Positions 17,086 to 26,037 of a stretch of DNA of 64,000 bases are shown in pieces. The notes under the pieces are model-generated. The model saw only the letters and a list, made by a program, of their open reading frames with translations. It was not told where the DNA came from and searched no databases. The translations under genes were made by a program, and so were the position numbers. Numbering within the stretch: the stretch's first letter is position 1; the number at the start of each line of letters is the position of its first letter. The stretch is taken from contig CAIPTA010000064.1 of NCBI GenBank assembly GCA_903867855.1, positions 4,965 through 68,964 of the forward strand, in the 5' to 3' direction. Source of the DNA: Oligoflexia bacterium (GTDB lineage Bacteria > Bdellovibrionota > UBA1018 > CAIPTA01).

Positions 17086-18003
17086 ATGGCAACCGATGTG
17101 ATTACAAAAGATGCGGCTCATCTCGCGATTGTGGAGGAGGTGATTGGCAGCGTGGCCCATGCGGCTCATCTGCCATTCACAGGACATTTACTCTCCCTCA
17201 ATGAGGGAGCCTTTTTGTGTCACGGCTGCATCCACTCCTCAGATCGTCGCTCTGGGGCATTGGCCTGCTATGAAATTGCAGGGGTAGCTGCAACCATTAA
17301 AAGTTTAGCACCCACAAATAGAAAATTAGGCCCGATGCTTGCGATATTGATGCAAGGTTTGCTTTTTTCTACGGGAATAGTTTTGTTTGGCCGCAAAAGA
17401 ATTGGCCAGTTCTTTGGGATGCTGCTTTTATCCACCTGGGCTTTTATTCATCCTTTTTTAGGTTTGCTCGTGGCCTTTGGCCCAACGCAACTAAAAAAAG
17501 TAATATCGTATTATCTACAAAAATTGCACTTGGATTATCATTTCGCAGGCCTTGCGGTGCTCTCTGCCATTTTCGTTTTGTTCGCCTTAAAACTAGGGGT
17601 GAGCCTATTCATTGTGCGCTACCTCAATCGTGAGAATGAAGAAAAGTGGGAGGAGTGGCAAACAAAGTGGACAGCGCGAGCCAATCTATTGAAGCCCAAA
17701 AAGAAAAGCGAGCATGAGTTAACTCCTCTGCGTGGCACACTGAGGGATTTGCGTAGCCCTCTTTTTCTTTTATCCTTTGCACTCACTTGGATTTTTCTCT
17801 TGGTGCAAAAAGAATCCTGGTCGGAGTTTGTTTGGTTGGCTTTGCGGCCACTAGGAGTTGCATTTTTATTTTTGTATCTACTACGTTCGCCCACCATCTT
17901 GCGTGTTTTTTCGCACGCTTCCGAGCGAGTTGGCGTGTTAAAGCCAATCCATCGACGCTTGCTTCTTGTTCGTCATTATTGGGAAACACGGAAAAATTTA
18001 TAA
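17086..18003 (+). CDS. hypothetical polytopic membrane protein
   Basis: Long ORF with several hydrophobic helices and no recognisable motif. Confidence 0.5.
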   Translation: MATDVITKDAAHLAIVEEVIGSVAHAAHLPFTGHLLSLNEGAFLCHGCIHSSDRRSGALACYEIAGVAATIKSLAPTNRKLGPMLAILMQGLLFSTGIVLFGRKRIGQFFGMLLLSTWAFIHPFLGLLVAFGPTQLKKVISYYLQKLHLDYHFAGLAVLSAIFVLFALKLGVSLFIVRYLNRENEEKWEEWQTKWTARANLLKPKKKSEHELTPLRGTLRDLRSPLFLLSFALTWIFLLVQKESWSEFVWLALRPLGVAFLFLYLLRSPTILRVFSHASERVGVLKPIHRRLLLVRHYWETRKNL

Positions 18004-18076
18004 TAAAATCCGCCTTGAATAGATGCCTGCTTCCCTTCAATATATCAATATTGATTTATAAATACAGGGAGTGTGC

Positions 18077-19435
18077 ATGGCAGGTCTATTTTCTTTTCTA
18101 GATCGTGAAAATTCAGTAGCTGGTCCTAATTTTAATCGTTGGTTGGTTCCACCGGCAGCGCTCTCGATCCATCTTGCCATCGGGCAAGCCTATGCATTCA
18201 GCGTATTTAATTTGCCTCTCACAAAATTGATCGGAATTAGCCAAGCCGCTCCCGATGATTGGAAACTCACCACAATTGGTTGGATTTTTAGTATTGCGAT
18301 TGTCTTTTTAGGTCTATCCGCTGCCTTCTTAGGTGCCTGGCTGGAAAGAGTAGGTCCGCGCAAGGCGATGTTTCTTTCGGCCGTTTTTTTCTCCGGCGGA
18401 TTTATAGTTGCTTCCTTGGGAGTGACTCTTCATCAAATATGGTTAGTTTATCTTGGCTATGGAGTGCTCGGCGGTACGGGGCTTGGGATTGGCTATATCT
18501 CGCCAGTAAAAACTCTAATGAATTGGTTTCCTGATCGGCCTGGGATGGCCACGGGGATGGCGATTATGGGCTTTGGTGGTGGCGCAATGGTGGGCGCACC
18601 ACTTGCAGTGGCCTTAATGAATCACTTTAAAACGGCTAGCTCTGCGGGAGTGGCTGAAACCTTCCTTACAATGGGTATTATATACTTTTTGTTTATGATG
18701 TTTGGTGTATTTAATGTGCGCGTGATTCCTGATGGCTGGAAGCCGAAGGGTTATCAACCCCCACAGGTGGCTCAGAAATTGGTGACAACGGCAAATGTGT
18801 CGGCTGATAATGCGATTAAAACGCCTCAATTCTGGCTGCTCTGGGCAGTATTGTTTTTGAACGTCACCGCAGGAATTGGAGTACTTGGGCAAGCCTCTGC
18901 GATGATCCAGGAAATGTTTCAAGGCAAGGTAACGGAGGCTGCTGCTGGCGGCTTTGTTGGTCTCCTGAGTATTTTTAACATGGGCGGACGCTTCGTCTGG
19001 TCGTCGCTCTCCGATGTTTTCGGAAGAAAAACAACATATCTTATTTACTTCACCTTGGGCGCTATCCTCTATTCATTAATTCCCTCGATTGGCAGAATGG
19101 GAAGCGTCGGCTTCTTCGTGGCTGGCTATGCGATTATATTGAGCATGTATGGTGGTGGATTTGCCACGATTCCCGCCTATTTGCGGGATCTTTTCGGCAC
19201 GCAGCAAGTGGGAGCAATTCATGGTCGTTTGCTCACGGCATGGTCTGCCGCTGGCGTTGCTGGCCCTGTATTGGTGAACTATATTCGTGAATATGAAATT
19301 AGCCAGGGTGTGGCGAAGGCCGAAGCCTACTCGGTTACTATGTATTTAATGGCGGCACTTTTAGTGCTCGGCTTCATTGCAAATCTTTCGGTGAAAGCCG
19401 TAGACGCAAAATGGCATATCAAGGCAGCGAAGTAG
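18077..19435 (+). CDS. MFS transporter, oxalate/formate antiporter (OFA) family
   Basis: Twelve-TM MFS layout. NRWLVPPAALSIHLAIGQAYAFSVF and GYISPVKTLMNWFPDRPGMATGMAIMGFGGGA are typical of OFA/L-lactate-type MFS. I prefer ATG at 18077 (GGGA SD 6 nt upstream) over GTG at 18071. Confidence 0.85.
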   Translation: MAGLFSFLDRENSVAGPNFNRWLVPPAALSIHLAIGQAYAFSVFNLPLTKLIGISQAAPDDWKLTTIGWIFSIAIVFLGLSAAFLGAWLERVGPRKAMFLSAVFFSGGFIVASLGVTLHQIWLVYLGYGVLGGTGLGIGYISPVKTLMNWFPDRPGMATGMAIMGFGGGAMVGAPLAVALMNHFKTASSAGVAETFLTMGIIYFLFMMFGVFNVRVIPDGWKPKGYQPPQVAQKLVTTANVSADNAIKTPQFWLLWAVLFLNVTAGIGVLGQASAMIQEMFQGKVTEAAAGGFVGLLSIFNMGGRFVWSSLSDVFGRKTTYLIYFTLGAILYSLIPSIGRMGSVGFFVAGYAIILSMYGGGFATIPAYLRDLFGTQQVGAIHGRLLTAWSAAGVAGPVLVNYIREYEISQGVAKAEAYSVTMYLMAALLVLGFIANLSVKAVDAKWHIKAAK

Positions 19436-19445
19436 GGAGACGCTT

Positions 19446-19553
19446 ATGAAGAATCAAACGATAAGATTGGTAATCTCTTGGCTTTGGGCTGGTATTCCCT
19501 TGGCATGGGGCATCTCCCAAACAATTATAAAAGCTTCCGCTCTATTTAAGTAA
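19446..19553 (+). CDS. 35-aa single-TM micro-protein, putative MFS transporter small subunit
   Basis: MKNQTIRLVISWLWAGIPLAWGISQTIIKASALFK. SD AGGGAGA at 19434-19440, with ATG 10 nt after the MFS stop. It is below the ORF-track length cutoff. Confidence 0.5.
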   Translation: MKNQTIRLVISWLWAGIPLAWGISQTIIKASALFK

Positions 19554-20138
19554 TTCAGCGTGGGCGGCAGCCTCTCGCGGAGAATTAATATTCTCTAAAA
19601 TTTTTTCTTCGAGGGGGAGAATAGAAAATACTCCACGTTCCTCTAGCGCGCGTTTCGGGCTCTTCGATCCGGCAAGAAACTGAATGTGGAAATATTGTAG
19701 ATCTGCTGTGGACCAAATGGAAAATAGCGGTTCTATAGTGCCATCTTCGTGGCGATAGCAGACTGATTTTTTTTGATCTGCATAAGTTTGTAGCAGTTTT
19801 TCGATCGCCGATTTTGAAGCAAAGGGAAAATCACAAGCCAGCACAAGCCAATTTACTTCGGGATGAGCAAGGTGGGCGCTCAGGATTCCTACACCCGGAC
19901 CCCCTATGAGTTCTTCCCGGTCGAAGATTATTTTGCCAGTAAAGAGGCTCTCTGAGGGAGGCTGTTCGGCACGGCAGGAGAGAAAACTTCCCAAACCGCT
20001 GCTTTCCAGCAATTGAACTAGTTTTACTCGCTGAGGTTCTCGAGAGAGCTTTGGATATACTAGTTGGGATTTATCTTCGCCCATTCGCCTGCTAAGACCT
20101 CCCGCAAGCACTAATCCCTGCACTTTAGTTGTTGGCAA
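19542..20138 (-). CDS. mobA: molybdenum cofactor guanylyltransferase
   Basis: LVLAGGLSRRMGEDKS N-terminal signature, ~200 aa. Overlaps the ydeP-like stop by 14 nt. Confidence 0.8.
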   Translation of the reverse strand: MPTTKVQGLVLAGGLSRRMGEDKSQLVYPKLSREPQRVKLVQLLESSGLGSFLSCRAEQPPSESLFTGKIIFDREELIGGPGVGILSAHLAHPEVNWLVLACDFPFASKSAIEKLLQTYADQKKSVCYRHEDGTIEPLFSIWSTADLQYFHIQFLAGSKSPKRALEERGVFSILPLEEKILENINSPREAAAHAELLK

Positions 20139-22464
20139 AGCTGGTCTCGCAGGGTTTTAAGCTCACTTCAATGCGCTTATAGGCGGGTGTATTGCTACGT
20201 TCTGCTACGCTTTCGATCGGCACCAGGATATTGCCTTCCGGATAATAAATCGCTACACATTGCCTTGGAATCTCATAGGGCACCACCATAAAGTGTGGCG
20301 CGATTCGTGTTTCACTTTTGAAATGACTCGTAATATCCACCAAGGTATTTTCCGCAAAGTTATTCGCCTTGATATCTTCTGGATTCATGAGGATCACACG
20401 CCGGCCCTTTTTTACTCCGCGGTAGCGATCATCCAAGCCATAGATCGTGGTATTAAATTGATCATGGCTGCGAATGGTCATCAGCATAAACTTGCCCGCG
20501 GGCATGATGGTGCTTGTGATGGAGTGAACTTTGAACAAGGCCTTATGTTCCGCATTATCAAAGCTACGCGTATCTCTTGGAGGGTTGGGAAGGTAGAATC
20601 CGCCGGGCTGTCTCACTCGAATATTAAAGCTATCGAAGCCTCTCACCACGCGAGCGATATGATCGCGAATATGATCATAATTCTCCTCAAGCTTTTCCCA
20701 GTTCACGAGTTTCTGCCTGGCAGGATCTTTTTGAAATACGGCTCTAGCTAAGCCGCATATGATCGCAACTTCGCTTTTGAGAAAGGGCGAGCCCGCTTTT
20801 AGGTTGCCGCGCGAAGCATGAACTACACCCATGGAATCTTCTACGCTCACGAATTGAGAGCCAGATTTTTGCAGATCGATTTCAGTGCGACCAAGGCAGG
20901 GAAGAATGAGGGCCGTTTCGCCAGTAACGAGGTGGGCGCGATTGAGTTTCGTAGAAACGTGTACGGTAAGTTTACAGTTTCTCAAAGCCTGCGCTGTAAA
21001 TTCTGAATCTGGAGTGGCCGACATAAAATTCCCACCCAGACCAAAGAACACTTTTACTTTCCCCGAGTGCATCGCCTTTAGGCTGTCTACAGTGTCGAAG
21101 CCATGCTCCCGCGGCGTTTGCATCCCAAATTCCTTATCCAAAGCATGGAGAAACCACTCTGGCATTTTTTCGAAAATACCCATCGTGCGATCGCCTTGCA
21201 CATTGCTGTGACCTCTCACTGGGCAAGGGCCAGCACCTGGCCTACCAATATTTCCACGCAGCAGAAGGAGATTCATATATTCCTGAATATTGGCAACACC
21301 ATTTTTATGTTGCGTGAGACCCATGGCCCAGCAAGCAATCGTATTTTTCGCCTTCGCCAGAATTTCCGCCGCCTCTCGAATGAGTTCACGAGAGATGCCA
21401 CTCTCTTTCACAATTGCATCCCAATCTTCTTGTTCAAGATCAGCGGCAAAAACATCGAACCCTAGCGTGAGATCTTTGATGAAGCTTAGATCGAGCACGG
21501 AGCCCACTCCGCTAGCAGATTCCATCGCAAGCATCTCTTTCATGATCCCTTTGATCAGCGCCACATCGCCATTGATGCGCACGGGAAGATGAAGGCAAGC
21601 GATAGGAGTGCCCTTGCCAAGCCAGCCACTTACTTCTTGGGGGTTTTTGAAGTTCATCATGCCCGGTTCGTGCAAGGGATTTATGCTGATAATCTTACAG
21701 CCGTTCCGCGAAGCCTTTTGCAAGGCAGAAAGCATGCGCGGATGATTGGTGCCGGGATTTTGCCCAGCCACGATGATGCAATCCGCGTGATTAAAATCTT
21801 CTAGCTTTACGGTGCCCTTGCCGATGCCGATCTGTTCGTTCAAAGCCGTGCCGCTAGATTCATGACACATATTTGAACAATCGGGCAGGTTATTGGTGCC
21901 GAACAGGCGCACGAATAATTGATAGAGGAAGGCTGCCTCATTACTTGTTCTACCCGAGGTATAAAAGGTGGCTTCATGGGGTGATTGAAGTGAATTCAAG
22001 TGTTCGGCAATGAGGGAAAAAGCATTATCCCAAGAAATCTCTTCATAGTGAGTGGCGCCCGGCTTTTTCAGCATAGGGTGAGTGAGCCGACCATTTTTCC
22101 CTAGCACAAAATCACTTTGCTCGGAGAGTGCTACAAGCGAATGCTTAGCAAAGAAATCGGGCGTAACTCGTAGAGTAGTTGCTTCATCGGCCACGGCTTT
22201 AGCACCATTTTCGCAAAATTCTGCAAGCGCGCGGCGATCATCTGGGTCGGGCCAAGCGCAGGAGGGGCAATCAAAGCCATCCTTTTGGTTCATGTTCAAC
22301 AGCGCGATATTCGCTCGCACAAATCCCATCTCTGAAAAGGCATGTTTCATGGCATTGAATACGGCCTTAGGGCCCGCAACTGCAGTAACTGGCGCTGAAA
22401 TTTCTGCTGCCTTTTCTTCTACGGGAGTCTCGATCAGGGGGGAGTTTTTATTTTTATTGGTCAT
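20125..22464 (-). CDS. FdhF/YdeP-family molybdopterin oxidoreductase
   Basis: 779 aa. FDCPSCAWPDP and CENGAKA N-terminal Cys cluster, NLPDCSNMCHESSG, and the MGLTQH...GHSNVQG molybdopterin-binding blocks. Confidence 0.85.
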   Translation of the reverse strand: MTNKNKNSPLIETPVEEKAAEISAPVTAVAGPKAVFNAMKHAFSEMGFVRANIALLNMNQKDGFDCPSCAWPDPDDRRALAEFCENGAKAVADEATTLRVTPDFFAKHSLVALSEQSDFVLGKNGRLTHPMLKKPGATHYEEISWDNAFSLIAEHLNSLQSPHEATFYTSGRTSNEAAFLYQLFVRLFGTNNLPDCSNMCHESSGTALNEQIGIGKGTVKLEDFNHADCIIVAGQNPGTNHPRMLSALQKASRNGCKIISINPLHEPGMMNFKNPQEVSGWLGKGTPIACLHLPVRINGDVALIKGIMKEMLAMESASGVGSVLDLSFIKDLTLGFDVFAADLEQEDWDAIVKESGISRELIREAAEILAKAKNTIACWAMGLTQHKNGVANIQEYMNLLLLRGNIGRPGAGPCPVRGHSNVQGDRTMGIFEKMPEWFLHALDKEFGMQTPREHGFDTVDSLKAMHSGKVKVFFGLGGNFMSATPDSEFTAQALRNCKLTVHVSTKLNRAHLVTGETALILPCLGRTEIDLQKSGSQFVSVEDSMGVVHASRGNLKAGSPFLKSEVAIICGLARAVFQKDPARQKLVNWEKLEENYDHIRDHIARVVRGFDSFNIRVRQPGGFYLPNPPRDTRSFDNAEHKALFKVHSITSTIMPAGKFMLMTIRSHDQFNTTIYGLDDRYRGVKKGRRVILMNPEDIKANNFAENTLVDITSHFKSETRIAPHFMVVPYEIPRQCVAIYYPEGNILVPIESVAERSNTPAYKRIEVSLKPCETSFANN

Positions 22465-22467
22465 AGA

Positions 22468-22866
22468 TCACCCGCAGTGGCCTTTATGTGCGTTTGGATT
22501 GGCGAAGAGTTCTGATTCGTCTTCTTTTTCGTTTTCTCTTGGTTTCAGACACTGAAAATCTTTTTCAATCAGTATGAATAGTTTTGTTTCCGCTTCGCCA
22601 GCAATGGCTTGATCGTGTTTCAAAGCCACTTGATCTGAATTTGCCCAATCGAAGGCAATGACTTCTGGGCAGCTAACAACTAAGCTATTGTTCTTATACT
22701 CTGCTGTAATCGAAGCGATAGATTTGGTAGGCATAAAAACATATTCAAAACTTTCTGTGCCAAGGAAGCGAGTTTTTTCTCGCACGGCTTTGCCTTCGCT
22801 AATCGCTTTCACTTCCTTTTGACTAAGACGGATGCGCACGGAATCGCCGCGAATTCTGAGTTTCAT
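22468..22866 (-). CDS. conserved hypothetical protein embedded in the fdhD-ydeP operon
   Basis: 132-aa ORF. ATGA overlap with the fdhD stop, and it ends 3 nt before the ydeP-like start. No motif recognised. Confidence 0.6.
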   Translation of the reverse strand: MKLRIRGDSVRIRLSQKEVKAISEGKAVREKTRFLGTESFEYVFMPTKSIASITAEYKNNSLVVSCPEVIAFDWANSDQVALKHDQAIAGEAETKLFILIEKDFQCLKPRENEKEDESELFANPNAHKGHCG

Positions 22867-23717
22867 TTTTGTATCCTTTCGGCTCCACAGTAGATATTAA
22901 ATCGTTGATCGCGTAAGAAACCCACTAAGGTCATATTGGATTCTTTGGCAAGTTCCACCGCAAGACTAGATGGCGCTCCAACGGCAGCAAAAAAATGAAT
23001 TCCTGCCATTGCGGCTTTCTGCACGAGTTCAAAGCTGGCGCGTCCGCTCACGAGCAAAAGATGATGGTGGAGGGGAAGCTCATTTTTCATAAAAAAGTGA
23101 CCCACGAGTTTATCGAGAGCATTGTGTCTGCCCACATCTTCACGAAGCACTAATAAATTTCCGCTCGTATCAAACACAGCGCACGCATGCAAGCCACCGG
23201 TTGAATCAAAAATTCCCTGCTGTTCACGAAGTGTTTTAGGTAGCTGGTGAATCAATCCAATCGAAACACTAAGATGATTTTGACTGGAATTAAAATCGCT
23301 CTGCACACGCAAAGCTTCAATCGAAGATTTTCCACAAACACCACAACTAGAGCTTGTGTAGAAGTGTCGCTCCAGTTTTTTTAAGTCAAACGCAATGCCA
23401 GGCTTGATATCCACGCGAACTACATTTTTGGAAGGTCCGCAAAATTCTACTTTTTCAAGGTCGCCATTGTTGCGAAGAATTCCTTCTGTAACAAGGAAGC
23501 CTACCGCTAATTCGAAATCATTGCCTGGGGTGCGCATCGTGATGGAGATGCTTCTGCGCGTTCGGGCAGTTTTGGGTCCATATTCAATTCGAATTTCTAG
23601 GGGCTCTTCGACGGCGAGGAAATCGTGTTGGGTTTTAATGTCGAGAGCGCCATCGAGAGATCGAACTCGTTCAATCTCTAGGCTAGATGTGCTAGGGCGT
23701 TCAACAGCAATTTCCAT
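22863..23717 (-). CDS. fdhD: formate dehydrogenase accessory sulfurtransferase
   Basis: YTSSSCGVCGK (active Cys loop) and EDVGRHNALDKL. Confidence 0.9.
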   Translation of the reverse strand: MEIAVERPSTSSLEIERVRSLDGALDIKTQHDFLAVEEPLEIRIEYGPKTARTRRSISITMRTPGNDFELAVGFLVTEGILRNNGDLEKVEFCGPSKNVVRVDIKPGIAFDLKKLERHFYTSSSCGVCGKSSIEALRVQSDFNSSQNHLSVSIGLIHQLPKTLREQQGIFDSTGGLHACAVFDTSGNLLVLREDVGRHNALDKLVGHFFMKNELPLHHHLLLVSGRASFELVQKAAMAGIHFFAAVGAPSSLAVELAKESNMTLVGFLRDQRFNIYCGAERIQK

Positions 23718-23807
23718 GCTCCTAGACTAAGCCAGTTTAGGAGCAAAGAGAATGAAAAAACGAGGGCAACAAAATGTGATTTTGTTCTTTTCCGAACACG
23801 GCCCTAA

Positions 23808-25193
23808 ATGGTAAAAAATGAAGTGCCCAGCATTAGAGAGCGCTTACAATTTTTTTTCAAAACAGTAGATTTGCCTTTCGGTCTTCTTTTTGTATTTGTC
23901 CTTCTCAATTTTCTCGATGTGAGGCCCGGCCTTACGAACGAAAATTCGCGCCTGGCCCTTTTGCGCGCCATGAGAGTGGATCATTCCTTCCAAATTGATA
24001 AGTATAAGGGATGGAGTGGCGATTGGTCGCTGGCACCGAACCGGCATTACTATTCCAATAAAGCACCGGGTCCTGCACTCCTTGCATTCCCTTTATTTTT
24101 GCCACTCGATGCCTTAGACGTGAAACTGAATACAGGTAATCCAGGCGCCTTGCCTAGCCCTGTATCCAAGGCTCTACTTTGCCTGTTTACGCAGATTTTA
24201 CCCTTCGGCTTTTTGGCGCTCCTCGCCTTGCGCTGGATGAAAGGCCAGGGAGTCTCCGAGGAGGCGAGGCTCTATACGGCTGTGGCTTTACTATTCGGAA
24301 ATACTGTTTCCCTGTTGATGAATGTGTTTTTTGGGCATGCCGTTGCCGCTTGTTTATTTTTGGCAAGCATACTCGCTCTTGTGCACCGGAGATATTTTCT
24401 TCTTGGATTGTTTTTTGGTCTGAGTTTGCTCAGTGATTATTCCAGCTTCTTTGCGATTCCCGCTCTGCTCCTTGGATTTTATTTTCAGCGAGTGGATCGC
24501 AAGGCGATTGCTCGGCTCGCGCTCGGTGGATTGCTGCCGCTTTGCCTTTGGTGTTGGTATCACTACAGCGCATTCGGTGGGATTTTTCGTCTGCCGCTTG
24601 CTTACATAAATCCTCTTTATAACGACAATAAAAGCGGAGCGGCTTGGGGTATTTTTGGTCTGCCGGATGCGATTATTGTTTTACGCCTTTTATTTGGTCC
24701 TGAACGAGGACTACTATTTACTCAGGCTTGGGTATTCTTCTCTCTCGTCGGAATCTTTTTCTTACCGAAAGGAAGCGTAGGCAAAAAAATTGGAAGTATT
24801 GCGCTTGTTACTCTTCTTGGTCTGCTTTGGATGAATTCTTCTTTTAATGGTTGGCACGGAGGTTGGTGCGCGGGGCCGAGATATTTATCGATTGCCTTTC
24901 CCTTGCTCGCCATACTCGCGGGCTTCGTGTTCGATCGTGCTAATGCTTTTTTTCGTAGTATTGCTAATGTGGCCCTCGGCGTTGCGATATTTTTGCGCGC
25001 ACTGGTATTTAGTTTTGGCGCGATAGAAAGTATGCCCAATATCTGGCTGCACTATTTTCACTATCTTTGTGAGGCGAATTTGCAAGATAGCTTTAGGATT
25101 CTGGCGTTCCTTGTGCTCTTGGCGATGGCGATACGCCGTAAGAAAGTGGATACCACTGCTACTGGTAAAGTGGACCTGTCTATATTACCCTAG
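23808..25193 (+). CDS. polytopic membrane protein, possible GT-C/ArnT-like glycosyltransferase
   Basis: At least 10 TM helices. The loop YYSNKAPGPALLAFPLF resembles the (D/N)KPP motif of PMT/ArnT-like enzymes. The assignment is weak. Confidence 0.5.
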   Translation: MVKNEVPSIRERLQFFFKTVDLPFGLLFVFVLLNFLDVRPGLTNENSRLALLRAMRVDHSFQIDKYKGWSGDWSLAPNRHYYSNKAPGPALLAFPLFLPLDALDVKLNTGNPGALPSPVSKALLCLFTQILPFGFLALLALRWMKGQGVSEEARLYTAVALLFGNTVSLLMNVFFGHAVAACLFLASILALVHRRYFLLGLFFGLSLLSDYSSFFAIPALLLGFYFQRVDRKAIARLALGGLLPLCLWCWYHYSAFGGIFRLPLAYINPLYNDNKSGAAWGIFGLPDAIIVLRLLFGPERGLLFTQAWVFFSLVGIFFLPKGSVGKKIGSIALVTLLGLLWMNSSFNGWHGGWCAGPRYLSIAFPLLAILAGFVFDRANAFFRSIANVALGVAIFLRALVFSFGAIESMPNIWLHYFHYLCEANLQDSFRILAFLVLLAMAIRRKKVDTTATGKVDLSILP

Positions 25194-25201
25194 TTTACTA
25201 T

Positions 25202-26032
25202 ATGAATATGAAATCGAAGTCAGTATTGCGAATAGGAATTTTGGGTCTTGGTAAAATGGGCGAAGCGCTGGTGCAAGGGATTCAAGCTTCCGCCAAGAAA
25301 AGCTCCTATAGTTTGGCGGCCACCACCCGAAGTGCAAACACTGCCACGGAAGCGACGAAACGCCTGGGGATTCCCTGTTATTGTGATAACCAAAAACTGA
25401 GTAAAGAATCGGATATTTTGATTCTCGCCGTGAAGCCGCAGCAGGCAAAGGCCGTGCTGCAAGAAATTCAGGGCAGCTTAGCCGAATCAAAAACAATAAT
25501 TTCTATTTGTGCCTCGTTAACTACGGAAGAATTGAGAGAATGGAGTGGGGGTCGCGCCTCAGTGATTCGAGCCATGCCGAATACGCCCGCCCTCGTTGGT
25601 GAGGGAATGACGGTATTGTGTGCTGCAAGAGGCGCAGCGAAAGAATCACTTGCGATTGCCGAGGAGCTGATGGCTTGTGTAGGACGTGTGAGCTTACTCG
25701 ATGAATCCCTCATGGATGCAGCCACGGGCTTAAGTGGCTGTGGCCCGGCCTTTATTTATTTGGTGATCGAAGCCCTGAGTGAGGCGGGGGTGAAAGTGGG
25801 GCTTTCCAGAAAAACCTCCACTCTTCTTGCGGCACAAACATTATTGGGCTCTGCAAAAATGGTTTTAGACCGCGATGTTCATCCAGCGCAATTGAAGGAT
25901 GAAGTAACCACCCCCGCTGGCTGCACGATTGATGGTTTGATGGCGCTAGAGGAGGGAAAGCTAAGAGTTACTCTCATCAAGGCCGTGCTCGCCTCTACGA
26001 AGCGAAGCAAAAGCTTGCGAGAATCCAAATAA
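25202..26032 (+). CDS. proC: pyrroline-5-carboxylate reductase
   Basis: IGILGLGKMGEAL, AVKPQ, RAMPNTPALVGEG and VTTPAGCTI. Confidence 0.9.
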   Translation: MNMKSKSVLRIGILGLGKMGEALVQGIQASAKKSSYSLAATTRSANTATEATKRLGIPCYCDNQKLSKESDILILAVKPQQAKAVLQEIQGSLAESKTIISICASLTTEELREWSGGRASVIRAMPNTPALVGEGMTVLCAARGAAKESLAIAEELMACVGRVSLLDESLMDAATGLSGCGPAFIYLVIEALSEAGVKVGLSRKTSTLLAAQTLLGSAKMVLDRDVHPAQLKDEVTTPAGCTIDGLMALEEGKLRVTLIKAVLASTKRSKSLRESK

Positions 26033-26037
26033 CAATT

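Noticed and set aside
20260-22555. Series of plus-strand ORFs (62-163 aa) opposite the YdeP-like gene
   Set aside because: These are antisense shadow ORFs within a 779-aa gene with clear molybdopterin-oxidoreductase motifs.
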